A stretch of 50,297 nt of DNA from an uncultured Gammaproteobacteria bacterium (lineage in GTDB: Bacteria > Patescibacteriota > Microgenomatia > UBA12405), in assembly GCA_964609295.1 (NCBI GenBank), contig CAZSQT010000028.1, positions 1 to 50,297 on the forward strand, given 5' to 3'. The position numbers and the translations under genes were made by a program. The stretch's first letter is position 1, and each line of letters begins with the position of its first letter. The notes under the pieces are model-generated. The model saw only the letters and a list, made by a program, of their open reading frames with translations, ran no database searches and was not told the DNA's origin. Shown here piece by piece: positions 17,965 through 26,051 of this stretch.

Positions 17965-18431
17965 ATTTTGGCGGTTGAATATGTAACTAAAATTTCTTTT
18001 TCAATTTGGGAGTCATCGGAGTTAATAGCGGTAAAATGAAGGATGTTAATCCCTGGTTTAAGAGTGATATCTATATCAAATTCTCCTGACTCTTTTGATA
18101 CAGTGTGAAATGTTTCATCAAGAGTGTTGATTAAGATAATGTTGTTGGGGTTACTTTTGCCAAAAATAGATAAAGTTTCTTTTTCAACAATTGATTCGTT
18201 TTCTGGAACTAAAATGTCTAAAAAAGTAGTTGAAATATTTTCTTGTACATCATAATTATTTTCATCCTGTTTATCGGTATTTTTTTCTTCTGTTTTTTCT
18301 TCTTCTATTGTTGTGTTTTCGGTTGGAGGAGGGGAAGGGTTATTTTTATTTTTTGAATAAAAGTAGGCGGTAGTAAGGCTGAGGCCTAAAAAACTACCAA
18401 TGATAATAGCAATAAAAATTTGTTTGAACAT
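17961..18431 (-). CDS. hypothetical membrane-anchored protein with a beta-rich ectodomain
   Basis: 156 aa. N-terminal TM helix IFIAIIIGSFLGLSLTTAYF, a charged linker, and an Ig-like beta-rich C-terminus. Confidence 0.5.
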   Translation of the reverse strand: MFKQIFIAIIIGSFLGLSLTTAYFYSKNKNNPSPPPTENTTIEEEKTEEKNTDKQDENNYDVQENISTTFLDILVPENESIVEKETLSIFGKSNPNNIILINTLDETFHTVSKESGEFDIDITLKPGINILHFTAINSDDSQIEKEILVTYSTAKI

Positions 18432-18483
18432 ACTTTATTGATTCTATCATAACTTTATCAAAATAAATGTTAAAATTAACTAT

Positions 18484-19062
18484 ATGGAAATTAGATATCT
18501 AGGAAAAAAGGCAATTGCCGTTAAAGGAAAAAAAGAAATAATTTTAGTTAATGAGGATTTTGCAAAATCTAAAATAAATTCTCGAGTTTCTATTTATACT
18601 GACCATGAGAATGTATCTCCTGTTTTTTTTGATAAGGGGATTGTAATTGCTGGGGCAGGGGAGTATGAAGTTGGTGGAGTTGATATTAATGGTTGGGTTG
18701 ATGGTAGTGGGGGGACTCTTTATACTATTAATGTTGATGGGATAAAGGTTATGTTTTTAGACTCTATTGACAAGGAATTGGATGATAAAAAAATTGAAAA
18801 AATTGATGGAGTAGATGTGTTGGTAGTATCAATAGATAAATTAAATGGTATTAGTGGAAAAAATTATTTAGATTTGGCAAAGAAATTAGGAGCTAATTAT
18901 TTGATACCAATTGGTTTTGATAAAGGTGATGAAAAAATTAATAAGTTTTTGGATGATGTTGACGAAGAGGGTTTGGACTATGTGGATTTTTTGAAAATAG
19001 ACAAAGATGATTTACCTGATGGTTTAGAAATCAAATTAATCAAAAATGAAGGATGTAATTAA
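18484..19062 (+). CDS. MBL-fold-like protein lacking the HxHxDH metal motif
   Basis: MEIRYLGKKAIAVKG...GEYEVGGVDI...VDVLVVSI...LIPIGF follows the layout of small Lactamase_B_3-type proteins, but the His ligands are absent. Weak call. Confidence 0.35.
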   Translation: MEIRYLGKKAIAVKGKKEIILVNEDFAKSKINSRVSIYTDHENVSPVFFDKGIVIAGAGEYEVGGVDINGWVDGSGGTLYTINVDGIKVMFLDSIDKELDDKKIEKIDGVDVLVVSIDKLNGISGKNYLDLAKKLGANYLIPIGFDKGDEKINKFLDDVDEEGLDYVDFLKIDKDDLPDGLEIKLIKNEGCN

Positions 19063-20353
19063 AGTACCACCAAATTCAAACGAGGCAGAACTTTGTATTT
19101 TGGGGGCTATATTAATTGATAACGATGTTGTTTTGAATGTTTCTGATTTTTTGAGACCAGAACATTTTTATAATGAAAATCATGAAAAGGTTTTTGAGGC
19201 AATGATGTCTTTGTATGAGGATAGGATGCCAATTGATATTGTAACGGTAGCGGAAAAGTTGAAGGAAATGAATTTGCTTAAAAAGATTGGAGGTAAGTCT
19301 TTTTTGGCAAAATTGGCCAATGAAGTGCCAACGGCGGCAAATGCTGAAAGTTACGGTAAAATTATTAAATCTTTGGCAGCAAAAAGGGAATTAATTACTG
19401 TTGGTTCAAAAATTGCCGAAAGAGCTTTTGATGAAAGTATTCCAGCGGATCAATTGATGGATATGGCAGAGCAGTCAGTTTATGCTTTGTCACAAAAACA
19501 TTTAAAATCAGTACCGTCATCTTTAAGAGAGGTGTTAACGGCAAGTTTTGATCGTTTGGACGAATTACAAAAAATGGGGACAGGTTTGAGAGGGGTTCCA
19601 ACAGGATTTGCTTCTTTGGACAGAATGTTGGCAGGTATGCAGGATAGTAATTTGTTGATTTTAGCAGCGAGACCAGGAGTAGGAAAGACAGCTTTTGGCT
19701 TAAACATTGCCAGACATGTAGCAGTTGAGCAGAAGTTGCCAGTGTGCATTTTTTCGCTGGAGATGAGTAAGGAGGAGTTAGTGGATAGATTGTTGGTTAG
19801 ACAGGGTCTGATAGACGCTTGGAAATTAAAAACTGGTCAATTGTCTGAAAATGATTTTGCTTCTTTGTCTGAGGCAATGGGAGTGTTGGCAGAGGCTCCT
19901 TTGTATATTGATGATACTCCGGGATTGACAGTAACTGAATTGAGAACAAAAGCTAGAAGGTTACAGGCAGATAAAGATATAAAATTTATTATTGTTGATT
20001 ATTTACAATTGATGCATGGAAATGTGCGTGACAATAGAGTTTTGGAGGTTTCTGAGATTTCACAAGGTTTAAAAAATTTAGCTAGAGAATTAAGAGTTCC
20101 AATTTTGGCAGCAGCTCAGTTGTCAAGAGCAATGGAAACAAGAGGAGGTAAACCTAGATTGAGTGATTTGAGGGAATCGGGGAGTATTGAACAGGATGCT
20201 GACGTAGTTATGTTTTTGCATCGAGAAGATGAAGAAGCTAAGGATTTGGTGACTTGCTCGGTAGAAAAGCACAGAAATGGTCCGACAGGTTATAGTAATT
20301 TATACTTTAATGGTAAGCAGGTTAGTTTTTTTGATACCGATAAAAACCGATGA
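19046..20353 (+). CDS. dnaB: replicative DNA helicase DnaB
   Basis: PPNSNEAELCILGAIL N-terminus, Walker A AARPGVGKTAFGLN, SLEMS, IIVDYLQLM, AAAQLSR, and LRESGSIEQDADVV. Confidence 0.92.
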   Translation: MKDVIKVPPNSNEAELCILGAILIDNDVVLNVSDFLRPEHFYNENHEKVFEAMMSLYEDRMPIDIVTVAEKLKEMNLLKKIGGKSFLAKLANEVPTAANAESYGKIIKSLAAKRELITVGSKIAERAFDESIPADQLMDMAEQSVYALSQKHLKSVPSSLREVLTASFDRLDELQKMGTGLRGVPTGFASLDRMLAGMQDSNLLILAARPGVGKTAFGLNIARHVAVEQKLPVCIFSLEMSKEELVDRLLVRQGLIDAWKLKTGQLSENDFASLSEAMGVLAEAPLYIDDTPGLTVTELRTKARRLQADKDIKFIIVDYLQLMHGNVRDNRVLEVSEISQGLKNLARELRVPILAAAQLSRAMETRGGKPRLSDLRESGSIEQDADVVMFLHREDEEAKDLVTCSVEKHRNGPTGYSNLYFNGKQVSFFDTDKNR

Positions 20354-20997
20354 ATATAGCTGTTGTAAGAATTATTGGAATTGTGGTTTATTTATACTTA
20401 GTTTGGAGAAATATGAAGGAAGAGTATAATTCTGAAAAGATGATTTCTTTTGGTTGGCTATCTTTTTTTTGGTTTTTAATTGGAGGAAGAATTTTTTTTG
20501 GAATTTTTGACTGGGGAGTATTTAATGATAGTTGGGTAAATTGGTTTTCTTTTTGGTCATATCCAGGTTTTAGTTACTTTGGCGGTTTTTTGTCTGTTTT
20601 GTTGTTTTCTTGGTGGTATGTTAGTCGAAATAATTGGAAATTTTATTCTTTTTTGGAAAGTTTAACTCCTAATTTTTTGTGGTTAATGTTTTTTTTATTG
20701 GCTGATGAATTATTGTTTGGTTCTTATGAAATTTGGTTGTTGGTGAAATTATTGTTGGTGATTTTGATGTTATTTTTATCTCGTTTTTTTAGGTTTAAAT
20801 ATAGATCTTGGGTTTTTTATAAAAGTGGGAAGAAAGGTTTTGTTTTTTTAGCGATTACTTTATTGTATTTTTTATTTCTGTTTATTTTTTCGTTGGTTTT
20901 TAGGTTAAATTTTGTTTATAGTTTGCTTTATCTTATTTGCAGTTTGCTTTTTGTCTTTCAATTAGTTATTCTAGGAGACATATGTCGGAAAAAATAA
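20350..20997 (+). CDS. polytopic membrane protein, Lgt-like (prolipoprotein diacylglyceryl transferase-like)
   Basis: IGGRIFFGIF and WSYPGFSYFGGFLSV resemble the Lgt GGR and GG motifs. At 215 aa it is shorter than typical Lgt. Confidence 0.4.
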   Translation: MNIAVVRIIGIVVYLYLVWRNMKEEYNSEKMISFGWLSFFWFLIGGRIFFGIFDWGVFNDSWVNWFSFWSYPGFSYFGGFLSVLLFSWWYVSRNNWKFYSFLESLTPNFLWLMFFLLADELLFGSYEIWLLVKLLLVILMLFLSRFFRFKYRSWVFYKSGKKGFVFLAITLLYFLFLFIFSLVFRLNFVYSLLYLICSLLFVFQLVILGDICRKK

Positions 20998-21350
20998 ATA
21001 TTCCTAAAAGACTATTATTGCCTGTCAAAATTTTTTTGGAAGCTGAGTTGATGAAGTTAAAAAAGATGTTAAGGAGAATAAAAAAAAGTGATCCCTTTAC
21101 TGATCCTGATAGGGCAGGGGAAAATTCATCAGAAGAAGATTTGGATGAACAAGTGGGGCATTTTGATTCACAGGTTAAGTTAAATTTTTTAAAAAAACAA
21201 ATAATTCAATTAAGAAAGGCTTTATCGATGATTAAGATAGGTAAATATGGAGTTTGTGAGAGGTGTGGCAAAATGATAGATACTGATAGATTGGGAGTGA
21301 AACCCGATACAACTATTTGTATTAAGTGCGAAAAAGAAAGAGAAAAATAA
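20982..21350 (+). CDS. DksA/TraR-family C4 zinc-finger protein
   Basis: ATG at 20982; the track ORF from 20937 overlaps the previous gene. CERCGKMID...ICIKCEKE forms the zinc finger after a coiled-coil region. Same position as Bacillus ylyA, upstream of lspA. Confidence 0.7.
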   Translation: MSEKINIPKRLLLPVKIFLEAELMKLKKMLRRIKKSDPFTDPDRAGENSSEEDLDEQVGHFDSQVKLNFLKKQIIQLRKALSMIKIGKYGVCERCGKMIDTDRLGVKPDTTICIKCEKEREK

Positions 21351-21357
21351 ATTGATT

Positions 21358-21648
21358 ATGAATGTTTATAATAGTGGTATTTTTTTGGGAATCAATATTC
21401 CGGGGGTTTTGTATTGGACAGGACTTATTCTATTTTTTTTGATTTTGTGGGAAATAAGGTTAAAAAGTTGGGGTTTGGTTTTTATAATTATTGGTGGTTT
21501 TTTAAATTTTTGGCAAAGATTGAAATATGGTTATGTGATTGATTATTGGAAAATGCCGATTGGAGATATTTATAATAATTTTATGGATTGGCTTATTTTC
21601 ATTGGAATTATTATCTTTATAATAGAATTATGGAAGAGAAAAAAATAG
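21358..21648 (+). CDS. lspA: minimal lipoprotein signal peptidase (LspA-like)
   Basis: YNSGIFLG (like NxGxAFG), GGFLNFWQRLKYGYVIDYW (like GNxxDR..G.VVDF), and YNNFMDW (like FNxAD). Both catalytic Asp positions are present. Only about 96 aa. Sits upstream of rluD, as in Firmicutes. Confidence 0.5.
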   Translation: MNVYNSGIFLGINIPGVLYWTGLILFFLILWEIRLKSWGLVFIIIGGFLNFWQRLKYGYVIDYWKMPIGDIYNNFMDWLIFIGIIIFIIELWKRKK

Positions 21649-22298
21649 AGGTAGTTTTTGAAAATGAGGATTGGTTGGTTATTAATAAGCCAGCAGGTTA
21701 TGTGACTACTAATGAAAACAATAATTCTTTGTTAACAGTAGAAAATTGGTTAAAAAAAAATCGTAAAAATAATTTAGCAAGAGAGGGGATAGTTCATCGT
21801 TTGGATAAGGGAACTTCTGGTTTATTGTTGATTGCTAAAAATCAGCGATATTTAGATATTTTTAAGAATAAATTTAAAAGTAGGCAAGTTGAAAAAAAAT
21901 ATTTAGCTTTAGTTGGGGGTGATGTTGTTAGTGAAGGTCAAATCAAAGTGCCTATAGTTAGGTCAAAATATTCTTTTGGTAAATTTGGAGTTGGAGTTGA
22001 TGGAAAAGAAGCCTTGAGTTTATTTAAGGTAATTAAAAAATATAAATATGACAATAAAATTTATAGCTTGGTGGAAGTACAAATTAAGACAGGTAGAACC
22101 CATCAAATTAGAGTCCATTTTGCTTATTTGGGTTGGCCTTTGGTGGGGGATAGAGTATATGGTGGAATTTTAAATTTTGATTTACAAAGACCTTTTTTGC
22201 ATGCTTATAGTTTGTCTATGAAAGATAATTTTAGTTATAAGATAGAATTACCAGAAGAGTTAAAAGATCATTTGGTTAAATATAATGAACAGACATAG
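21630..22298 (+). CDS. rluD: RluA-family 23S rRNA pseudouridine synthase
   Basis: WLVINKPAG, catalytic HRLDKGTSGLLLIAK, and GRTHQIRVH. ATG at 21630. No S4 domain is present. Confidence 0.82.
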   Translation: MEEKKIEVVFENEDWLVINKPAGYVTTNENNNSLLTVENWLKKNRKNNLAREGIVHRLDKGTSGLLLIAKNQRYLDIFKNKFKSRQVEKKYLALVGGDVVSEGQIKVPIVRSKYSFGKFGVGVDGKEALSLFKVIKKYKYDNKIYSLVEVQIKTGRTHQIRVHFAYLGWPLVGDRVYGGILNFDLQRPFLHAYSLSMKDNFSYKIELPEELKDHLVKYNEQT

Positions 22299-23121
22299 TT
22301 TAAATTTGTTGATAATGTGGTTGTTTTTGGTTTTTTTATTGATTTTAGTGGCAGTTTTTAAATTTAACAAATGGAATGGTAAGGATGATTTTAGGATGGG
22401 AATTTATACTGACGACAAGATTGCCTTATTGAATATTTCACCAGATAGAAAAATGGTTAATTTTTTGGAAATTTTACCTGAGGTCGAGTTGTGGATACCG
22501 CAGGGTTTAAGTTGGTATCGTGTCGATAAAATCAAAGGAATATTACAAGAAGAGCAAAAAAAGGATTTAGCTGATGATATTTTGTTTTATAATTTTGGTT
22601 TTTTGGTTGATAAAGTTGTCTGGAAAAAGGAAACTAATTTTTGGCAAAATGATTGGAACTTATTGAATCATTTGGGGATAATAGGGTGGATTAATTATCG
22701 TTTGGGAATTAATAATTGGTTGGTAAAGACAGAAATTTATCAGGGTAATGTTGTCGAGGATAAGTCTATTATTAGGGAGTGGGCTTTTAGAGATTTTGCT
22801 GATAATAAGATTATTAATGGTGAAGTGAAGTTGTCAGTCATTAATACAACTAATCAAAATGGGTTAGGAACTTTTATGGCTAATTTATTGGAATTTGCTG
22901 GTTTTTCGGTAATTTCTATTGATAGTGTTTTTGAAAATATTGATAAATGTAAATTTGTTTATGGTAAAGAAGTGGAAAATTCTTATGAATTTTTTATGAT
23001 TGATAAAATTTGGGATTGTGAAAATATTTTGGATGAAACTTTGGACGAGTGGAATGGTGAACTATATTTTGGTGAAGAAGAAGTTTTAATGTTAAAATAC
23101 TCTAATTATGTCCGGTCATAG
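22285..23121 (+). CDS. membrane-anchored protein with a LytR_C-like C-terminal domain
   Basis: N-terminal TM helix. KLSVINTTNQNGLGTFMANLLEFAGFSVISI resembles the LytR C-terminal domain. Confidence 0.45.
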   Translation: MNRHSLNLLIMWLFLVFLLILVAVFKFNKWNGKDDFRMGIYTDDKIALLNISPDRKMVNFLEILPEVELWIPQGLSWYRVDKIKGILQEEQKKDLADDILFYNFGFLVDKVVWKKETNFWQNDWNLLNHLGIIGWINYRLGINNWLVKTEIYQGNVVEDKSIIREWAFRDFADNKIINGEVKLSVINTTNQNGLGTFMANLLEFAGFSVISIDSVFENIDKCKFVYGKEVENSYEFFMIDKIWDCENILDETLDEWNGELYFGEEEVLMLKYSNYVRS

Positions 23122-23779
23122 TAAATGGAATAATATCAAAAATAGGAAGGGTCTTCAGGATAAAAAAAGAAGTGCTTTGTTTACCAAAGCAGCGAGGAAT
23201 ATTTTGACGGCTTTGAGGACGGGTTCTGGCCTAGATTCTGCTATTGCTAAGGCAAAAGAAATAAATATGCCTAAAGAGAATATTGATCGTTTGGTTAATA
23301 AATTTAATGCTAAAAAAGATAATTTAATTAGTTTTTTTATAGAGGGCTTTGCTCCTCACAATATTCCAGTGATGGTTGAAGTGGAGACTGATAATAAAAA
23401 TAGAATTTTGGCTGAAGTTAAGCTTTTTTTTAAAGAAAATAATGGAGTAGTTGGGGAGAATGGGAGTGTTTCTTTTGGTTTTGATAGAGTAGGGGAGATA
23501 GAGTTGGAAAATCGTTTAGACGAAGAAAAAGAGCTAGAATTAATTGATATGGGCTTAATTGATTATAAAGATAATTGCATTTATTGTAAGATGGAAGATT
23601 TGAAAAAATTTGAAGATAAATTGGGGGTAAAAGGGGAATTGATTATGCAATCAAAGATGCCAGTAATGTTAGATAATGAGGGCCAGTTGGATGATATTTT
23701 GGATTTTGTTGAAAGATTGGAGGAAAATGATGATGTAATTAATGTTTTTGCTGGTTTTGATTATGAACAAAAAAATTAA
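23108..23779 (+). CDS. yebC: YebC/PmpR family DNA-binding regulator
   Basis: MSGHSKWNNIKNRKG...KRSALFTK is the hallmark N-terminus. Confidence 0.85.
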   Translation: MSGHSKWNNIKNRKGLQDKKRSALFTKAARNILTALRTGSGLDSAIAKAKEINMPKENIDRLVNKFNAKKDNLISFFIEGFAPHNIPVMVEVETDNKNRILAEVKLFFKENNGVVGENGSVSFGFDRVGEIELENRLDEEKELELIDMGLIDYKDNCIYCKMEDLKKFEDKLGVKGELIMQSKMPVMLDNEGQLDDILDFVERLEENDDVINVFAGFDYEQKN

Positions 23780-24527
23780 GTTTTTTTTCTTATCTTTAAT
23801 TAATGCTTGCTTGTTTTTGATATTTGTTTCTTTGCCTTATGATTGGCGTAATATTGGTTTGGTTCTAATTTCTTTGGGGATAATGTTGGTTTTTTGGTAT
23901 GGTTTTGGTAAGGTGAGGTTGGCATATGTGGTGTTACCAATAAGTTTATTTTTGGGTTATGCTTTGTTTACGACATTGTTGCCTTTTCAAGCTATATTGG
24001 TAATTTTGATGAGTGTGATTTACGGAATACTTTGTTATTTTATATTTTTATTACAAAATGTGTTTGTGGTAGCGATAGAGTATAGGACGGTACCTCTTTA
24101 TCGAGCGGCTTATACGGTTGGTTCGATTATTTCTTTATTTTCTGCTTTCTTTTTGTTTAACACGATTTTTTCTTTTTGTTGGTTGTTTGTGTGGAATGCC
24201 TTGGCGGTTTTTGTGGTTTCTTGTTTTTTGTTTTATTATACTTTTTGGTCAGTGAGTATTGAAAATTATGTTGATAATAAGACCAAAAAATGGTCTCATT
24301 ATGTTTTAGTACCGGCTTTTTTGATGTCTCAATTGGCAATAATTTTTTCTTTTTGGCCAGTGGGGATTTTTAAGGGATCTATTTACTTGGTATCTGTGAT
24401 GTATATTATTCAAGGTTTGTTACAATCAGATTTGAGAGATAGATTTTTTAAGCGAGTTTGGTTGTCTTTTCTTTGGATTGGAATAGCAATAATTTCGGGA
24501 ATTATTTTGACGACTGAATGGCGGTAA
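23763..24527 (+). CDS. polytopic membrane protein, unknown function
   Basis: At least six hydrophobic helices. ATG at 23763; the track ORF starts at 23742 inside yebC. Confidence 0.5.
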   Translation: MNKKIKFFFLSLINACLFLIFVSLPYDWRNIGLVLISLGIMLVFWYGFGKVRLAYVVLPISLFLGYALFTTLLPFQAILVILMSVIYGILCYFIFLLQNVFVVAIEYRTVPLYRAAYTVGSIISLFSAFFLFNTIFSFCWLFVWNALAVFVVSCFLFYYTFWSVSIENYVDNKTKKWSHYVLVPAFLMSQLAIIFSFWPVGIFKGSIYLVSVMYIIQGLLQSDLRDRFFKRVWLSFLWIGIAIISGIILTTEWR

Positions 24528-25437
24528 TGGCAGCAACCCCGACAATATCTTGAATACTAGAGCTGCGGGAAAGATCATTAACTGGTTTTTGTAAACCTTG
24601 AACAATTGGGCCAAAAGCGCTTAGATTACCAAATATTTTGGCTAATTTATAGCCAATATTGCCGGCGTTAAGATCGGGGAAAATAAGAATATTGGCATCA
24701 CCTTTTAGTGGACTTTGGGGGCATTTTAGTTGAGCAGTTTCGGGTAGGAGAGCGGCATCAAGTTGAATTTCACCATCTATTAAGAGATTGGGGTTTTTTT
24801 GTTTGACCAAGGTGGTGGCTTGTTGAATTTTTTCAATTGATTCACTAGTAGAACTACCTTTTGTAGAGTAAGAAAGCATGGCAATTTTGGGTGTTTTTTC
24901 GACTAAAGCGAGGAAGGAATTGGCAGAATCAAGGGCAATATCAGCAAGATTTTGAGCATTAGGGTTAGGGTTAATGGCACAATCGGCAAAAATAAATGTT
25001 TTTTGTTCATTACTCATAATAAAAAAACCGGAAGCATATTTATTTTTGATTCTTAAAATTTGTAAGGCTGGTTTTAAAAAGCGGGGAGTGGGGGAAGCTG
25101 ATCCACCGACTAAGCCGTCAGCAAGATTTTCTTTGACCATCATGGTTCCTAGATAAAAGGGATCATTGATAAGTTCTTGGGCTTTTTTGAGGGTTAGCCC
25201 CTTTTCTTGTCGTAATTCAAAAAGTTTTTGGGCCAGTTCATTTTTTAGCTTTGAATCTGTAAAATATTCGGATTTTTCCAACAAAATTACTTGTGCAATA
25301 GAGTTGTCTTCAATCTCTTTAGCAGCTTTGCTTATGCGATTATCAACATCACTTTCAAGTAAAATTATTTTTTTGTTGAGAAGTTTAGCTTTGGAAATGA
25401 TTTGTTCGTAAAAATTTGACATAAAGTATTTTAACAT
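24502..25437 (-). CDS. pta: phosphate acetyltransferase
   Basis: PTA_PTB motifs GLVGGSASPT, SYSTKGS, DGEIQLDAAL, and ANILIFPDLNAGNIGYKL. The start is uncertain: candidates are TTG 25449, ATG 25437 and ATG 25422. Confidence 0.85.
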   Translation of the reverse strand: MLKYFMSNFYEQIISKAKLLNKKIILLESDVDNRISKAAKEIEDNSIAQVILLEKSEYFTDSKLKNELAQKLFELRQEKGLTLKKAQELINDPFYLGTMMVKENLADGLVGGSASPTPRFLKPALQILRIKNKYASGFFIMSNEQKTFIFADCAINPNPNAQNLADIALDSANSFLALVEKTPKIAMLSYSTKGSSTSESIEKIQQATTLVKQKNPNLLIDGEIQLDAALLPETAQLKCPQSPLKGDANILIFPDLNAGNIGYKLAKIFGNLSAFGPIVQGLQKPVNDLSRSSSIQDIVGVAAITAIQSSK

Positions 25438-25493
25438 TTTTTTGGGCAAAGGGTATTAGCAGGGAAGGGGGAGGGTGCTAATTTTCACGCCAC

Positions 25494-25525
25494 GTCCTAT
25501 AATTTTCACGGAATAATTATAGGAC
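25494..25525. repeat. perfect 11-bp inverted repeat with a 10-nt spacer (candidate recombinase core site or operator)
   Basis: GTCCTATAATT-ttcacggaat-AATTATAGGAC. It overlaps a direct repeat aattttcacg (25480-25489 and 25501-25510). Confidence 0.7.
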
Positions 25526-25780
25526 ATAAATAAATGGGTGATATACTATGATATAGTTTGTGTGGAAAACTATATTGATCATTTTGAACCTGTCAAGAGG
25601 GCTCTTCTAAGTTAACTTAAGAGTAATATTTAAATTTAATTAATTTATTTTGTTACTTAGGATTGGCTTTAATTGTTTTATTTTGTAGATAGCTCCCCCT
25701 TGTGAGGGGACAAGAATTTATTATGTCGCACAATGTATCTTTTGCGACATAGGGTTGGAAAAGATGGTGGGGGAGGAAGA

Positions 25781-25822
25781 TTTTCTAATTATTATTTTCT
25801 AATTATTATTTTCTAATTTTAT
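25781..25822. repeat. three tandem AT-rich 14-mers
   Basis: ttttctaattatta occurs twice exactly (25781-25794 and 25795-25808), then a third copy ttttctaattttat follows at 25809-25822. Confidence 0.8.
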
Positions 25823-26051
25823 TATTTTTTACAAAACATCTTTTTTGAAAGTTAATTTTTGGGACATAATTCTCTATTACTGTCCCAATGCTTTTTTTTA
25901 CTTTTTTAGCTTGGATACTACCTCTTGACTCCTCTTTGACTCCCCTGATATTAAATTATGCCTATCTTTGGGTATAAAGTATAACAGACTTCATTAAATC
26001 GCCTGTAAGCGATGTTTTTTATTTTTGTGACATTAGTATCGTCTGTATTTT

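Noticed and set aside
25781-25822. The tandem 14-mers as a CRISPR array, or as the DUE of oriC.
   Set aside because: CRISPR is excluded because the repeats are directly abutting with no spacers, and the units are too short and AT-only. An origin is unlikely: I found no cluster of DnaA boxes, dnaA and dnaN are not adjacent, and the flanking genes converge on the region instead of diverging from it.
25450-26051. RNase P RNA, tmRNA or SRP RNA in the long intergenic region.
   Set aside because: By eye, neither strand shows GAGGAAAGTCC-type P4, a tRNA-like GGTTCGA..CCACCA 3' end, or the SRP GGAA/AGCA domain IV motifs. An unclassified RNA remains possible and is reported as a finding.
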